From NCBI GenBank assembly GCA_934085585.1, contig CAKOHI010000007.1, forward strand, positions 5,214-69,213: 64,000 nucleotides of DNA. Direction: 5' to 3'. Made by a program: the position numbers and the translations under genes. Under the pieces are notes generated by a model. That model had not been told where the DNA came from. It worked only from the letters and a program-made list of their open reading frames with translations, and did no database searches. Below, in pieces: positions 36,418 through 45,112 of the stretch. Within the stretch, counting starts at the first letter, position 1. Every line of letters starts with the position of its first letter. Origin of the DNA: an uncultured Bacilli bacterium. GTDB lineage: Bacteria; Bacillota_I; Bacilli_A; RF39; UBA660.

Positions 36418-37306
36418 TTTTACCTCCAACATAATGGATAAATATTTCATTTAATGGGGCATCTGCTACAACATATTTAGAAATATTTGTATTTTTAATA
36501 CTATCAAATACTTTTGGGGCAACTTCTATATTTTCGATATGAACAACTATTTCATTGGCTTTTTCTTCAATACTTGTTACACCTTTTATTTTAGAAATAT
36601 CATTTACTTTGATGTTTTCTCCCTTTATTAAAATGTTTTTCTTGGCATAATTTTCTTTTATTTCATCAAGGCTTCCATTTAATATAGCTTTGCCGTGAAC
36701 TAGTATTATTAATTGTTCACAAAAGTCTTCGATATATTCCATTTGATGTGATGAAAATATGATAGAGCATCCCTTTTTTTGTAACTCTTTAACAGCATTT
36801 TTTAATAAACCAACATTTATTGGGTCAAGTCCTGTGAATGGTTCATCTAATATAAGTAGTTTTGGTTCATTTATAACGGCAGATATAAATTGAATCTTTT
36901 GTTGATTTCCTTTGGATAGTTCTTTTATCTTTTTAAATTTATATTCTGTTATTCCAAATTTTTCTAGCCAATAATCTAACTTTTTATCAATGTCTTTTTC
37001 ATCCATGCCTTTTAAAACACCATAATACTCAATCATTTCTTTAACAGTTAGTTTGGTAAGTAGACTTCTTTCTTCAGTAACAAAACCTATCTTATCAGTT
37101 TCTTTGTAATCAATTTTCTTTCCATTTAAAGTAATTTTTCCTTTGTCTGGTTCAAGTAATCCCATTATCATTCTAAATGTTGTAGTTTTACCTGCACCAT
37201 TTTCACCAAGTAGGCCAAAGATTTCTCCATCTTTAACAGTAAAAGATAAGTCATCTACCGCTACTAGGCTTCCATATGTTTTTCTTACATTTTCTAATTT
37301 TAACAT
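36410..37306 (-). CDS. ABC transporter ATP-binding protein (NatA-like)
   Basis: Walker A GENGAGKTT, signature LSKGNQQKI, Walker B LLILDEPFTGLD. Start set at the ATG at 37306 (GAGGttaatATG). Confidence 0.9.
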   Translation of the reverse strand: MLKLENVRKTYGSLVAVDDLSFTVKDGEIFGLLGENGAGKTTTFRMIMGLLEPDKGKITLNGKKIDYKETDKIGFVTEERSLLTKLTVKEMIEYYGVLKGMDEKDIDKKLDYWLEKFGITEYKFKKIKELSKGNQQKIQFISAVINEPKLLILDEPFTGLDPINVGLLKNAVKELQKKGCSIIFSSHQMEYIEDFCEQLIILVHGKAILNGSLDEIKENYAKKNILIKGENIKVNDISKIKGVTSIEEKANEIVVHIENIEVAPKVFDSIKNTNISKYVVADAPLNEIFIHYVGGKNE

Positions 37307-37685
37307 ATTAACCTCATTTCTTAACAACATTATATTACAAAATGTCCTAGAAAAAAAGAAAATTTAAAAAAATCTAGAGTTTTTATCTAGACTATATCAA
37401 CAATAAGAATTATTTTAATGTGTTCGTGTTAAAAGTCACACATTTGCACGTCGATATATGATATGTTATGTCAAATTTAATTACAACTAAAAATAAATAT
37501 GTTTAATAGCATATCGTTATCCATAAAGTGGTAGTGCCTACTTTCATTTTGGTTGATCTCTATACCTGGTTATTTTTAATCAGGGGGAGAAAGGGCAAGG
37601 TGACAGTTATGAAAGAAGAGAAATATAATGGACTCTTTTAGTAATTATAATCTTATTATTAGTTATTATTTTAAAATTTATATAG

Positions 37686-37764
37686 GAAAAAGACACTAAC
37701 CATACCGGTGTAGTGTCACAAAACAATGTAGGCATTACCCACTTTTGGGTAACCTTACATTGTT
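37686..37764 (-). other. two adjacent strong hairpins in a 570-bp non-coding gap (possible tandem terminators or a structured RNA)
   Basis: Hairpin 1 is GACACTA-12 nt-TAGTGTC (37692-37717), followed on the minus strand by TTTTTCC. Hairpin 2 is about 43 nt (37722-37764): AACAATGTAGG...TTACCCA-cttt-TGGGTAA...CCTTACATTGTT. Confidence 0.35.
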
Positions 37765-37879
37765 ATTATACACAAAAATTTATATAAATATCAATACAAT
37801 TCAATATAAATAAATTTTCTTTGGTAAGTTTCGTATTCATAGCAACACTTTTTAACAAAATTAGAACCTGCTTTTTTCA

Positions 37880-37904
37880 TTAAAAAAAGAGGTTTCCCTC
37901 TTTT
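37880..37904 (-). terminator. intrinsic terminator after the yjcZ-like genes
   Basis: Minus strand: AAGAGG-gaaa-CCTCTT followed by TTTTTAATG, starting at the stop codon. Confidence 0.6.
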
Positions 37905-38025
37905 AATAGAATGCTCCACCCCAGATTATAGCAAGTAAGATGAATAGTATTAAAACTATAAACGCATAACTAGCTGTAAAATTGTTTCCTCCGGTGTTGT
38001 CGCAGTCTTTTTTACAACAACTCAT
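37903..38025 (-). CDS. YjcZ-like tiny sporulation membrane protein (40 aa)
   Basis: Translated by hand: MSCCKKDCDNTGGNNFTASYAFIVLILFILLAIIWGGAFY. SD AAGGAGG 8 nt upstream. The (F/A)(A/I)-I-V/L-L-FILL-II-(G)-(A)-(F/Y) tail is the hallmark of the YjcZ tiny-TM family. Too short for the ORF track. Confidence 0.7.
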   Translation of the reverse strand: MSCCKKDCDNTGGNNFTASYAFIVLILFILLAIIWGGAFY

Positions 38026-38055
38026 TGTTTAAACCTCCTTAATATATTAAAAAAC

Positions 38056-38142
38056 TTAAATAAATGCCCCTACTATGATGATTAAAAGAATGAATAATAC
38101 TAAAATTATAGCAGCTCCAAGGCCATTTCCACAGTGATTCAT
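38056..38142 (-). CDS. YjcZ-like tiny sporulation membrane protein (28 aa)
   Basis: Translated by hand: MNHCGNGLGAAIILVLFILLIIIVGAFI. SD AAAGGAGGAAAG upstream. Paralogue of the neighbouring gene. Confidence 0.7.
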   Translation of the reverse strand: MNHCGNGLGAAIILVLFILLIIIVGAFI

Positions 38143-38277
38143 AAAACTTTCCTCCTTTATTTTGTCTTTTCACTAGTATTTTATGGTATATTTTTTATTG
38201 TGTGAGGGCAAAAAATACTTAAAAACGTTGTAAATTAGGAAAATAATTGTTATAATGTCTACATAAGGAGAGATAAT

Positions 38278-39312
38278 ATGAAGAAAAAATTAGTTGCGTT
38301 ATGTGCAATTATGCTACTTGCAAGTGGCTGTGGCAAGGTACCAAAATTAAGCAATGGAGATGAAGCTATCGTAAGTTTTAAAGATGGAGAAAAAATTAGT
38401 GTAAATGATTTTTATAGTAAATTAAAAGATGAAATGGGTCTTAATACTTTAATTACTATGGTTGACACATATATTTGTGAAACTGAATTTAAAGATTATA
38501 AAGAAACTGCATCAAAAAATGCTCAAGCTTATGTAGATGCTTTTATAGAACAATATGGTGGTAAAGATAAATTTCTTGAAGCATTACAAAGTCAAACAAA
38601 TTATCAAACAATTGATGCCTATCAAAATTATTTATATTTAGCTAATTTACAAAGTCATGCAATTGAAGAATATGCAAAAACACAAATAACTGATAAAGAA
38701 ATTGAAAACTATTATAATAATGAAGCTATTGGTGATATGGAAATTAATCATATTTTAATAACTGCAGATGTAAAAGATGATGCTAAAGATGATGAAAAGA
38801 AAGCAGCAGAAGAAGCAGCTAAAAAAACTGTTAATGAAATTATTGAAAAATTAAATACTGCTAAAAAGAATAAAGAAGATATTACTGAGGCATTTACAAA
38901 ACTTGCAAAAGAATATTCAAAAGATGAATCTACTAAAGATAAAGGTGGATCATTAGGTAAAATCAATTTTGGAGATTTAGATAGTAAATATGATGAATTA
39001 TTAAATACTGCTAAAAAACTTAAAGATGGAGAATATTCTACAAGTGTTATAACTACTGAACTAGGATATCATGTTATATTAAAAGTTAAAACATATGAAA
39101 AAGATACTTTAGAAAATCTAAAAGATAAAATAGTAAAAAAATTAGCAGATAAATATATTTCTGATAATCAAGATAGTATTGGACTTACAGCTTTACAACA
39201 TTATCGTAAAGAATATAATATGGAAATTGAAGATGATGAAATAAAGAAACAATATTCTAATTATATTCAAAATGCTTTAGCTAGTATTGCTAGTTCAAAA
39301 ACAACAAAATAA
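38278..39312 (+). CDS. prsA: foldase lipoprotein PrsA (parvulin-type peptidyl-prolyl isomerase)
   Basis: Lipobox LLASGC, SurA-like N-domain, parvulin domain (INHILI..., DESTKDKGGSLGKINFGDL, TELGYHVILK). Confidence 0.85.
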   Translation: MKKKLVALCAIMLLASGCGKVPKLSNGDEAIVSFKDGEKISVNDFYSKLKDEMGLNTLITMVDTYICETEFKDYKETASKNAQAYVDAFIEQYGGKDKFLEALQSQTNYQTIDAYQNYLYLANLQSHAIEEYAKTQITDKEIENYYNNEAIGDMEINHILITADVKDDAKDDEKKAAEEAAKKTVNEIIEKLNTAKKNKEDITEAFTKLAKEYSKDESTKDKGGSLGKINFGDLDSKYDELLNTAKKLKDGEYSTSVITTELGYHVILKVKTYEKDTLENLKDKIVKKLADKYISDNQDSIGLTALQHYRKEYNMEIEDDEIKKQYSNYIQNALASIASSKTTK

Positions 39313-39335
39313 AAAGCACATGAACGTGCTTTTTT
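39311..39335. terminator. bidirectional intrinsic terminator between prsA (+) and the cotY/Z-like gene (-)
   Basis: AAAAAGCAC-atgaac-GTGCTTTTTT. Confidence 0.65.
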
Positions 39336-39345
39336 CATTTAGTCT

Positions 39346-39786
39346 TTAGCAAAGACAATCTACATATGTATCTGATAGACATCTAATGCAACATAAGCAG
39401 TCGCAATCCATTGTAAAGAATACATTCGTAGCTACATATGGATAAACGCTAGTTTCATCAGTGTTATCTGCAAGAACTCTAAATGTACAGCAATTGCCTT
39501 CAATTTTTTCTACCCTAAATACATTAGAACATGTAGCAGAAGATCCTGTGCATGTTGCTGTGGAATCTTTAGTTATTGGCATACTCCATGGAGTTCCATT
39601 ACCGCAACAAGTATAAAGCATTACAGGTCTAGTATTACATATTAAGCAATTAGTTCCTCCGCCTAAAACTGGTCTATCGCAAGTTTGTAAACAATTATCT
39701 GGACACGCATTTTCTTGTAATACTAAAATAACACATAGTATTTCATTTATGCAGTTTCCTTCTGATGATTTACTTTCTCTATTCAT
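39346..39786 (-). CDS. CotY/CotZ-family cysteine-rich spore coat/crust (exosporium-type) protein
   Basis: More than 20 Cys residues. The pattern NC..EIL..I...QE..CP..C...C..P.LG......NTRP..LY, then FRVEKIEGNCCTFRVL, and the C-terminal MDCDCLCCIRCLSD parallels B. subtilis CotZ/CotY (FFRVE..., VDLDCFCAINCL). Confidence 0.75.
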   Translation of the reverse strand: MNRESKSSEGNCINEILCVILVLQENACPDNCLQTCDRPVLGGGTNCLICNTRPVMLYTCCGNGTPWSMPITKDSTATCTGSSATCSNVFRVEKIEGNCCTFRVLADNTDETSVYPYVATNVFFTMDCDCLCCIRCLSDTYVDCLC

Positions 39787-39893
39787 AAACTTTCACCCTT
39801 TCATGTACTTTCATTATTAATTTATGAAAATATTTAAATTTAGTGTATGCTTTTTACTTTTACTTTTTTAAAAATTGGTGTATAATTAATTAG

Positions 39894-40220
39894 GTGATTA
39901 TTTTGAAAACATATATTGAATATATTATTATAGCTTTTGTTTTAGTAATTATTTCATTAGTTATTGTGAAATTATCTAAAAGAGATTTTAAGGTTGAAGC
40001 AAATAAACTCATTACATATCTTGGAGGAAAAGATAATATTATTAATGCAGAATGTAATATGTCAAGGCTTAAAGTAATATTAAAAGATGTTACACTTGCT
40101 AATAAAGATGGAATACAAAAGCTTGGTGCTAAGGGGATAGTAGAAATTGATAATCAATTAAAAATTATATTTGATAAAAATGCAAAACAATTAAAAAAGT
40201 ATATCGAAGAAATTCTCTAG
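39894..40220 (+). CDS. membrane-anchored protein with a PTS EIIB(Glc)-like domain
   Basis: GTG start, one TM helix, then LGGKDNIINAECNMSRLKVILKD, which resembles the LGG..NI....HC.TRLR motif of EIIB(Glc) domains. No EIIC or EIIA gene is adjacent. Confidence 0.5.
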   Translation: MIILKTYIEYIIIAFVLVIISLVIVKLSKRDFKVEANKLITYLGGKDNIINAECNMSRLKVILKDVTLANKDGIQKLGAKGIVEIDNQLKIIFDKNAKQLKKYIEEIL

Positions 40221-40232
40221 GATATACTTTTT

Positions 40233-40523
40233 TTAAATCTTCTCAATATCAAGAACATCTGTTATTTTTATTAACTTGTTATCTATGGTGAGTAAATTAA
40301 TATTTGTTTTACCAACTATTTCTTCTTCATGTATCCCATCATTCATAGTTATTCTTACCCTACTTTTATAAACATGATTTAGTGAACCAAATATTTCATT
40401 AATTTTTTTATTTATATCTTTTGGATTGTAAGTTTTAATCTCTCTATCACTGCGATATAAATCTTGATAATTATTTAATTTTTTGGTAATGGGACTAGCA
40501 AATACATTGGGTAATTTGTTCAT
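40233..40523 (-). CDS. hypothetical 96-aa protein
   Basis: Start moved to the ATG at 40523 (GAGGTGtagatATG). The longer track ORF has a hydrophobic junk N-terminus that overlaps the divergent promoter region. There is a weak, unverified resemblance to YolD-like small proteins. Confidence 0.5.
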   Translation of the reverse strand: MNKLPNVFASPITKKLNNYQDLYRSDREIKTYNPKDINKKINEIFGSLNHVYKSRVRITMNDGIHEEEIVGKTNINLLTIDNKLIKITDVLDIEKI

Positions 40524-40580
40524 ATCTACACCTCTAGTATATTTTATGATAAATACAAAAAAAATGCACATATTATAAAT

Positions 40581-41687
40581 ATGAAGAAAATATTGAGCAA
40601 CAAACTACTATTTTTTATTCCACTCTTAATAATTATGATTATTAGTTTTTTAGATATGTATAATGCTAAATATTTAAGTAGTTTATATAATAATAATCTA
40701 ATTAAACAAATTCTTTGGTATGTAATGGGATTTCTTATATTTTTTGTTTTTAAAAGTATCAATAGTAAAACTATTTTTAAGTATGCTAATATACTATATA
40801 TTATTTCTATATTACTTCTTATATATGTTTTGTTATTTGGAAAAGTTATTAATGGTGCAAAAGCATGGATAACTATAAAAAGTATTTCATTTCAACCTAG
40901 TGAACTTGCTAAATTAAGTTTGGCAATTATTTTAAGTAAAATGGCAAATTCTTTTACAAGTACTGGTATTAATAGTGAACTTTTATTTATAATTAAAGTT
41001 GGAATATTAACAATTATTCCTTCTTTGCTTGTTTTTTTAGAGCCAGATACTGGTGCTATAATATTCTTTTTGTTAATTGCTTTATCTATACTTTTTTTTA
41101 GTGATATACATAAATTTTGGTTTATTATTCTTTTTGTGATTTTAGGTTTATTTTGTGCATCTTTCATTCTTCTTTATTTATTTAATAGAGATTTACTTAT
41201 TAATTTAATTGGAACTAGTTTCTTTTATAGAGTGGAAAGATTAGTTACATTTAAAACTATGAGTAGTTATCAATTAGAAAATGCTTTAGTGGCAATGGGT
41301 TCTGCAAGTTTGTTTGGAACAGGACTGGGAAAAGTTTCAATTTATATACCTGAAGCTCCGACTGATTTTGTCTTTGCTTTTAGTATAAGTAACTTTGGAT
41401 ATATAACCGGTTATTTGATTTTAATATCATTTTTATTAATTGATTTTTATTTAATATATAAAGTAGTTCACATGAAAAAAAACACTATAAAATATTTTTT
41501 AATATCTTTTACAAGTATTTTTATCTTTGGACAAATAATTAATATTGGCATGAATCTTGGTTTAGTTCCCATTATTGGGATTCCTCTTCCATTTTTAAGT
41601 TATGGTGGTTCAACATTAATTATCTATTTTATTTTTTTAAGTATCATTTTTAATGCTCAAGAAAAACCATATGTAAATATGGCTTAA
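40581..41687 (+). CDS. SEDS-family peptidoglycan glycosyltransferase (FtsW/RodA/SpoVE)
   Basis: 10-TM protein with FQPSELAKL, EPDTG, PEAPTDFVFA and PLPFLSYGGS motifs. The paralogue cannot be assigned. The coat-gene neighbourhood makes SpoVE possible. Confidence 0.85.
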   Translation: MKKILSNKLLFFIPLLIIMIISFLDMYNAKYLSSLYNNNLIKQILWYVMGFLIFFVFKSINSKTIFKYANILYIISILLLIYVLLFGKVINGAKAWITIKSISFQPSELAKLSLAIILSKMANSFTSTGINSELLFIIKVGILTIIPSLLVFLEPDTGAIIFFLLIALSILFFSDIHKFWFIILFVILGLFCASFILLYLFNRDLLINLIGTSFFYRVERLVTFKTMSSYQLENALVAMGSASLFGTGLGKVSIYIPEAPTDFVFAFSISNFGYITGYLILISFLLIDFYLIYKVVHMKKNTIKYFLISFTSIFIFGQIINIGMNLGLVPIIGIPLPFLSYGGSTLIIYFIFLSIIFNAQEKPYVNMA

Positions 41688-41917
41688 TAATAGTAAACTC
41701 TAGGTATTGGTTGATAATAACTATATGAACTATTATAATATGGCATTCCAGGGCTGTACATAGCTCCAGGGTTTTGTGGATATCCTCCGATTCCAGGTGC
41801 TACATTATAAATAGGTCTTGGTCTAGTTAAACCAACTGCTGCACCTCCTGCTAGCCCCCCTAACAAAAACGGCACAACAAAACCGCGGTTTGTATTTTGA
41901 TAATAATTTGGATACAT
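41684..41917 (-). CDS. Tyr/Pro/Gly-rich small protein (putative spore coat/crust component)
   Basis: MYPNYYQNTNRGFVVPFLLGGLAGGAAVGL...PGMPYYNSSYSYYQPIPRVYYY. Start set at the ATG at 41917 behind GGAGAG. The composition is typical of coat proteins. Its stop overlaps that of the convergent SEDS gene. Confidence 0.45.
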   Translation of the reverse strand: MYPNYYQNTNRGFVVPFLLGGLAGGAAVGLTRPRPIYNVAPGIGGYPQNPGAMYSPGMPYYNSSYSYYQPIPRVYYY

Positions 41918-41961
41918 AGACTCTCCTTTCATAAGTAATTTATGAAAAGTATGCTAATTAA

Positions 41962-42216
41962 CTAATTACTTTTACCCAAATATATTTTTTTTGATTTTCT
42001 TAATAATCCTAAACAAGTTTTACTGTTAATTTTACCTATTGCATTATCCACTAATTCCATATATTCTTTGTCAGTAAAAATATTAACGTCTTCAATTCTT
42101 GTTATAGTCATTTCTTTATTATCTAATATAAGGAATTCATATACTATTTCTAAAGATATTTTTTCTTGCATTTGTTTTTTAGCTAATGCGTGACTTAAAT
42201 TTAAATATTCTTCCAT
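41962..42216 (-). CDS. hypothetical 84-aa protein
   Basis: ORF only. Divergent from the XRE-type regulator at 42324. Confidence 0.4.
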   Translation of the reverse strand: MEEYLNLSHALAKKQMQEKISLEIVYEFLILDNKEMTITRIEDVNIFTDKEYMELVDNAIGKINSKTCLGLLRKSKKIYLGKSN

Positions 42217-42323
42217 ATTACCAACTCTCTTTCTTAAAATTATAGCAAATATTTTCGTATTTGTCTGTAATTTTCGGTATATTTAGTAAATTAATGGGAA
42301 AATTAAACTGGTGAGCAAAATTA

Positions 42324-42773
42324 ATGGAAAATGACAGATTATTTGAGTTGAGAGAATATAATAATCTAACTCAAAAGTTTGTTGGGGAAATCATAGGAGT
42401 TCGTCAACAAACTTATGCTGAATGGGAAAAAGGAAAAAAGATTATACCTTTGAAACACCTTGTTACCTTGGCAAAATATTATAATGTTAGTATGGATTAT
42501 TTAACTGGATTATCCAATAGAAAAGATCATTTTTATAAAGATGTATTATTGGATAAAGATAAAATTGGCAAAAGAATTGTTTATATTAGAACAATTAATA
42601 ATATTAAGCAAAAAGATTTGGCTCTTTTTTTAAACACTTCTCCATCAACCCTATGGGCTTATGAAAAAGGAGTAACATTAATTCTTACTGCATTTTTATA
42701 TCAAATAGCCAAGAAATATAAAATCTCAATCGATTGGTTAATCGGAGCTAGTCCTAATATGAAAAGGATTTAG
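42324..42773 (+). CDS. XRE-family regulator with two tandem HTH domains
   Basis: Two HTH_3-like units (LTQKFVGEIIGVRQQTYAEWEKG and IKQKDLALFLNTSPSTLWAYEKG). Each is followed by a ...Y.(I/V)S(M/I)D(Y/W)L.G motif. Confidence 0.7.
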   Translation: MENDRLFELREYNNLTQKFVGEIIGVRQQTYAEWEKGKKIIPLKHLVTLAKYYNVSMDYLTGLSNRKDHFYKDVLLDKDKIGKRIVYIRTINNIKQKDLALFLNTSPSTLWAYEKGVTLILTAFLYQIAKKYKISIDWLIGASPNMKRI

Positions 42774-42855
42774 CTCTTTTTTTCAAATATTGCCACCTTC
42801 ATTTACTTGCATAGTTCCTACCTTCCTTAATATGATTATAACAAATTTTTTTAAA

Positions 42856-42883
42856 GAAAAAAAGGACTTTTTTAAATTAGTCC
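42856..42883 (-). terminator. intrinsic terminator of tyrS
   Basis: Minus strand: GGACT-aatttaaaaa-AGTCC followed by TTTTTTTC. The 5' arm overlaps the stop codon. Confidence 0.5.
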
Positions 42884-44113
42884 CATAAAATAATTCTTTT
42901 TGCCTTTTTTAATTAGTAACACTTTACCATCAATAGCATCTTTTGATGTAATATTTTTTTCTAAATCTGTAATTTTTTCATTGTTAATACTTATTGCACC
43001 TGATGAGATCATTTCTCGTCCTTCTCTTTTACTTGAAACAATCTTGTTATCAACTAAAATATCTAATAATAAAGTATTTTCTTTTAGATTAAATCTTGGT
43101 ACATCCTTAATGCTTTCTATTATTTCATGTGCAGTTAATTCCCAGATTTTATCTGAAAATAGTGATTCAGAAATATGAAGAGCTTTTTTGTATTCATCTT
43201 CACCATGTAAGAATGTAATTATTTCTTTGGCAAGGGCTTTTTGAGCTTTTCTTTCTTCTGGGTGTTCCTTTAGACTTACTTCAAGTTCTTCAATTTCTTC
43301 TTTAGTTAAGAATGTTAATTTCTTTAAGTATTCTATTACTTTATCATCTTCGGCATTAATGAAATATTGGTATAACTCGTATGAACTTGTCTTATTTATA
43401 TCAAGCCATAATGCTTCACCAGATTCACTTTTACCAAACTTTGAACCATCACTTCTGGTAACTAATGGCACCGTAAATCCATAACATTTAACATCTGCAC
43501 CATGAACTTTTCTTATAAGTTCAAGTCCTGATGTAATATTGCCCCATTGATCTTGTCCTCCGACTTGCATTGTTACCCCGTGTTCTTCGTATAACTTTAA
43601 AAAGTCTATTGATTGAAGTAACATATATGAAAATTCTGTGTATGTAATACCAATATCTAATCTTCTTTTTACAGTGTCTTTAGCTAACATATAGTTTACA
43701 TTAAAGAACTTACCAAAGTCACGAAGATAGTCTATTGCTTTCATCTCACATAACCAATCAGCATTATTAACTATTTCAATTTTACCACCTAAGATGGTAC
43801 TAATTTGGTCTTGAATACATTTAATGTTGTGAGCTACAGCTTCTTTGCTAATCATTGGTCTTTCAACATTTGGCTTTGGATCTCCGATTAATCCAGTACC
43901 GCCACCAGCAATTATTATCGGAGTATGTCCTCCTTCCATTAATCTTTTTGATGTAGCTATTACTGTACAATAATGTCCAATATGTAGTGAATCTCCAGTT
44001 GGGTCAACACCTATATAAAATTTTAAGCCTCCGTTATTAATGGCTTCTTCAACATCCGGACTAGTTATGTCATTTACAAGTCCTCTCCATTTTAATTCTT
44101 CAAATAATGTCAT
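42872..44113 (-). CDS. tyrS: tyrosine--tRNA ligase
   Basis: HIGH motif (DSLHIGH), KMSKS variant KFGKSE, and a C-terminal S4-like domain. Start set at MTLFEELKWRG (ATG at 44113 behind AGGGAGGAA). The longer track ORF runs into the leader. Confidence 0.95.
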   Translation of the reverse strand: MTLFEELKWRGLVNDITSPDVEEAINNGGLKFYIGVDPTGDSLHIGHYCTVIATSKRLMEGGHTPIIIAGGGTGLIGDPKPNVERPMISKEAVAHNIKCIQDQISTILGGKIEIVNNADWLCEMKAIDYLRDFGKFFNVNYMLAKDTVKRRLDIGITYTEFSYMLLQSIDFLKLYEEHGVTMQVGGQDQWGNITSGLELIRKVHGADVKCYGFTVPLVTRSDGSKFGKSESGEALWLDINKTSSYELYQYFINAEDDKVIEYLKKLTFLTKEEIEELEVSLKEHPEERKAQKALAKEIITFLHGEDEYKKALHISESLFSDKIWELTAHEIIESIKDVPRFNLKENTLLLDILVDNKIVSSKREGREMISSGAISINNEKITDLEKNITSKDAIDGKVLLIKKGKKNYFMGLI

Positions 44114-44116
44114 AAA

Positions 44117-44285
44117 ATTTCCTCCCTTTAAATAAAAAAAGAATGGTACACAAGGAGTGCTTTTGCACGGTACCATCCTTTTATTTAACTTAATTTATCT
44201 TAACGCGATTTAACGATTCAGCTCCAGAGTCGTAAATTCCTTCACCACTGATTGGGTCAATTATAGCACTTTAAATTTTTTAATG
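44117..44285 (-). promoter_or_regulatory. T-box leader (tRNA-Tyr sensing) upstream of tyrS
   Basis: The minus strand contains AAGGAUGGUACCGUGC (T-box consensus ..GGGUGGUACCGCG). It is followed by a terminator-like helix and a T-run just before the SD. A UAC (Tyr) triplet sits in GGAAUUUACGAC in the expected specifier region. Confidence 0.7.
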
Positions 44286-44290
44286 CAAGC

Positions 44291-44938
44291 TTATTTTAAC
44301 AAATTTTCAAAATATTTGTTCATTTTTATTTCAAAATTCATTAATTTATTATTAACTGGATGATTAAATTCTAGTTTGTAGGCTTGCAAACAAAGTAAAT
44401 GATTACTTTTTGGGCCATATTTTTTATCTCCGATGATGGGATGATTAATATTAGCAAGTTGTACTCTAATTTGATTTTTTCTTCCTGTTTTAATATTAAT
44501 ATTTAATAAGCTATATTTATTATTATATTCTAATACCTCATAATCCGTTATTGCTAGTTTTCCTTTTTTCTTATCTTTAGTTATAATTACATCATGAGTT
44601 TTTGTTTCATATAAGTAATTTTCTAAATGTCCAGCGATTTTTATAGTTCCTTTTACTACAGCATAATAATCTCTTTTGACATTCATCCAATTGGCTTGAA
44701 ATTTCTTTTTAATTAATTCACTTTTGGCAAAAATAATTAACCCACTTGTGTCTTTATCTAGTCTATGCACTATAAAAACTTTATTCCGAGGATTTTGTTT
44801 TTTTAAATACTCTCTTACATCATCATATAAATTTCTACCCATTTTATTATCTCTTTTAATAGTTAAAATTCCACTTGGCTTATTTATAATAATAAAATAT
44901 TTGTCTTCATAAATTATTTCTAATTTTTTCTTTTTCAT
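44291..44938 (-). CDS. RluA-family pseudouridine synthase
   Basis: HRLDKDTSGLIIFAK catalytic-Asp motif and the GRKNQIRVQL motif. There is no S4 domain (short form). Confidence 0.85.
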   Translation of the reverse strand: MKKKKLEIIYEDKYFIIINKPSGILTIKRDNKMGRNLYDDVREYLKKQNPRNKVFIVHRLDKDTSGLIIFAKSELIKKKFQANWMNVKRDYYAVVKGTIKIAGHLENYLYETKTHDVIITKDKKKGKLAITDYEVLEYNNKYSLLNINIKTGRKNQIRVQLANINHPIIGDKKYGPKSNHLLCLQAYKLEFNHPVNNKLMNFEIKMNKYFENLLK

Positions 44939-44993
44939 AAGAACTCCATAAATTTATACAAAAAAACCCATTACTGGGCTTTTAATTTCCTTT

Positions 44994-45070
44994 TGGTGGA
45001 GAATGTGGGACTCGAACCCGCGACCCCCACGGTGCAAGCGTGGTGCTCTAGCCAACTGAGCTAATTCCCC
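44994..45070 (-). tRNA. tRNA-Ala (anticodon UGC), CCA encoded
   Basis: Reverse complement: GGGGAAUUAGCUCAGUUGGCUAGAGCACCACGCUUGCACCGUGGGGGUCGCGGGUUCGAGUCCCACAUUCUCCACCA (77 nt). It folds as a cloverleaf with the G3:U70 Ala identity pair and the anticodon loop CUUGCAC. Confidence 0.9.
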
Positions 45071-45112
45071 AGGAACAAGAATATCTTATCATACTTTGAT
45101 AAAATAATCAAG

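Noticed and set aside
37540-37655. Riboswitch or leader-peptide interpretation of the GGGGGAGAAAGGGCAAGG segment and the 10-codon ORF MKEEKYNGLF
   Set aside because: It matches no riboswitch consensus I know. The mini-ORF is on the plus strand with no downstream plus-strand gene for about 600 nt. The region is kept only as part of the general finding on the non-coding gap.
37769-37840. 23-codon minus-strand ORF (MNTKLTKENLFILNCIDIYINFCV) in the non-coding gap
   Set aside because: It has no SD and no recognisable features, and it overlaps the large hairpin. It is probably not translated.
40544-40762. Minus-strand 72-aa ORF. The same applies to other short overlapping ORFs: 25146-25337, 26306-30, 28240-434 and 60666-890
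   Set aside because: Each overlaps the start or end of a well-supported gene or a promoter/terminator region. Each lacks an SD and has a junk-like composition.
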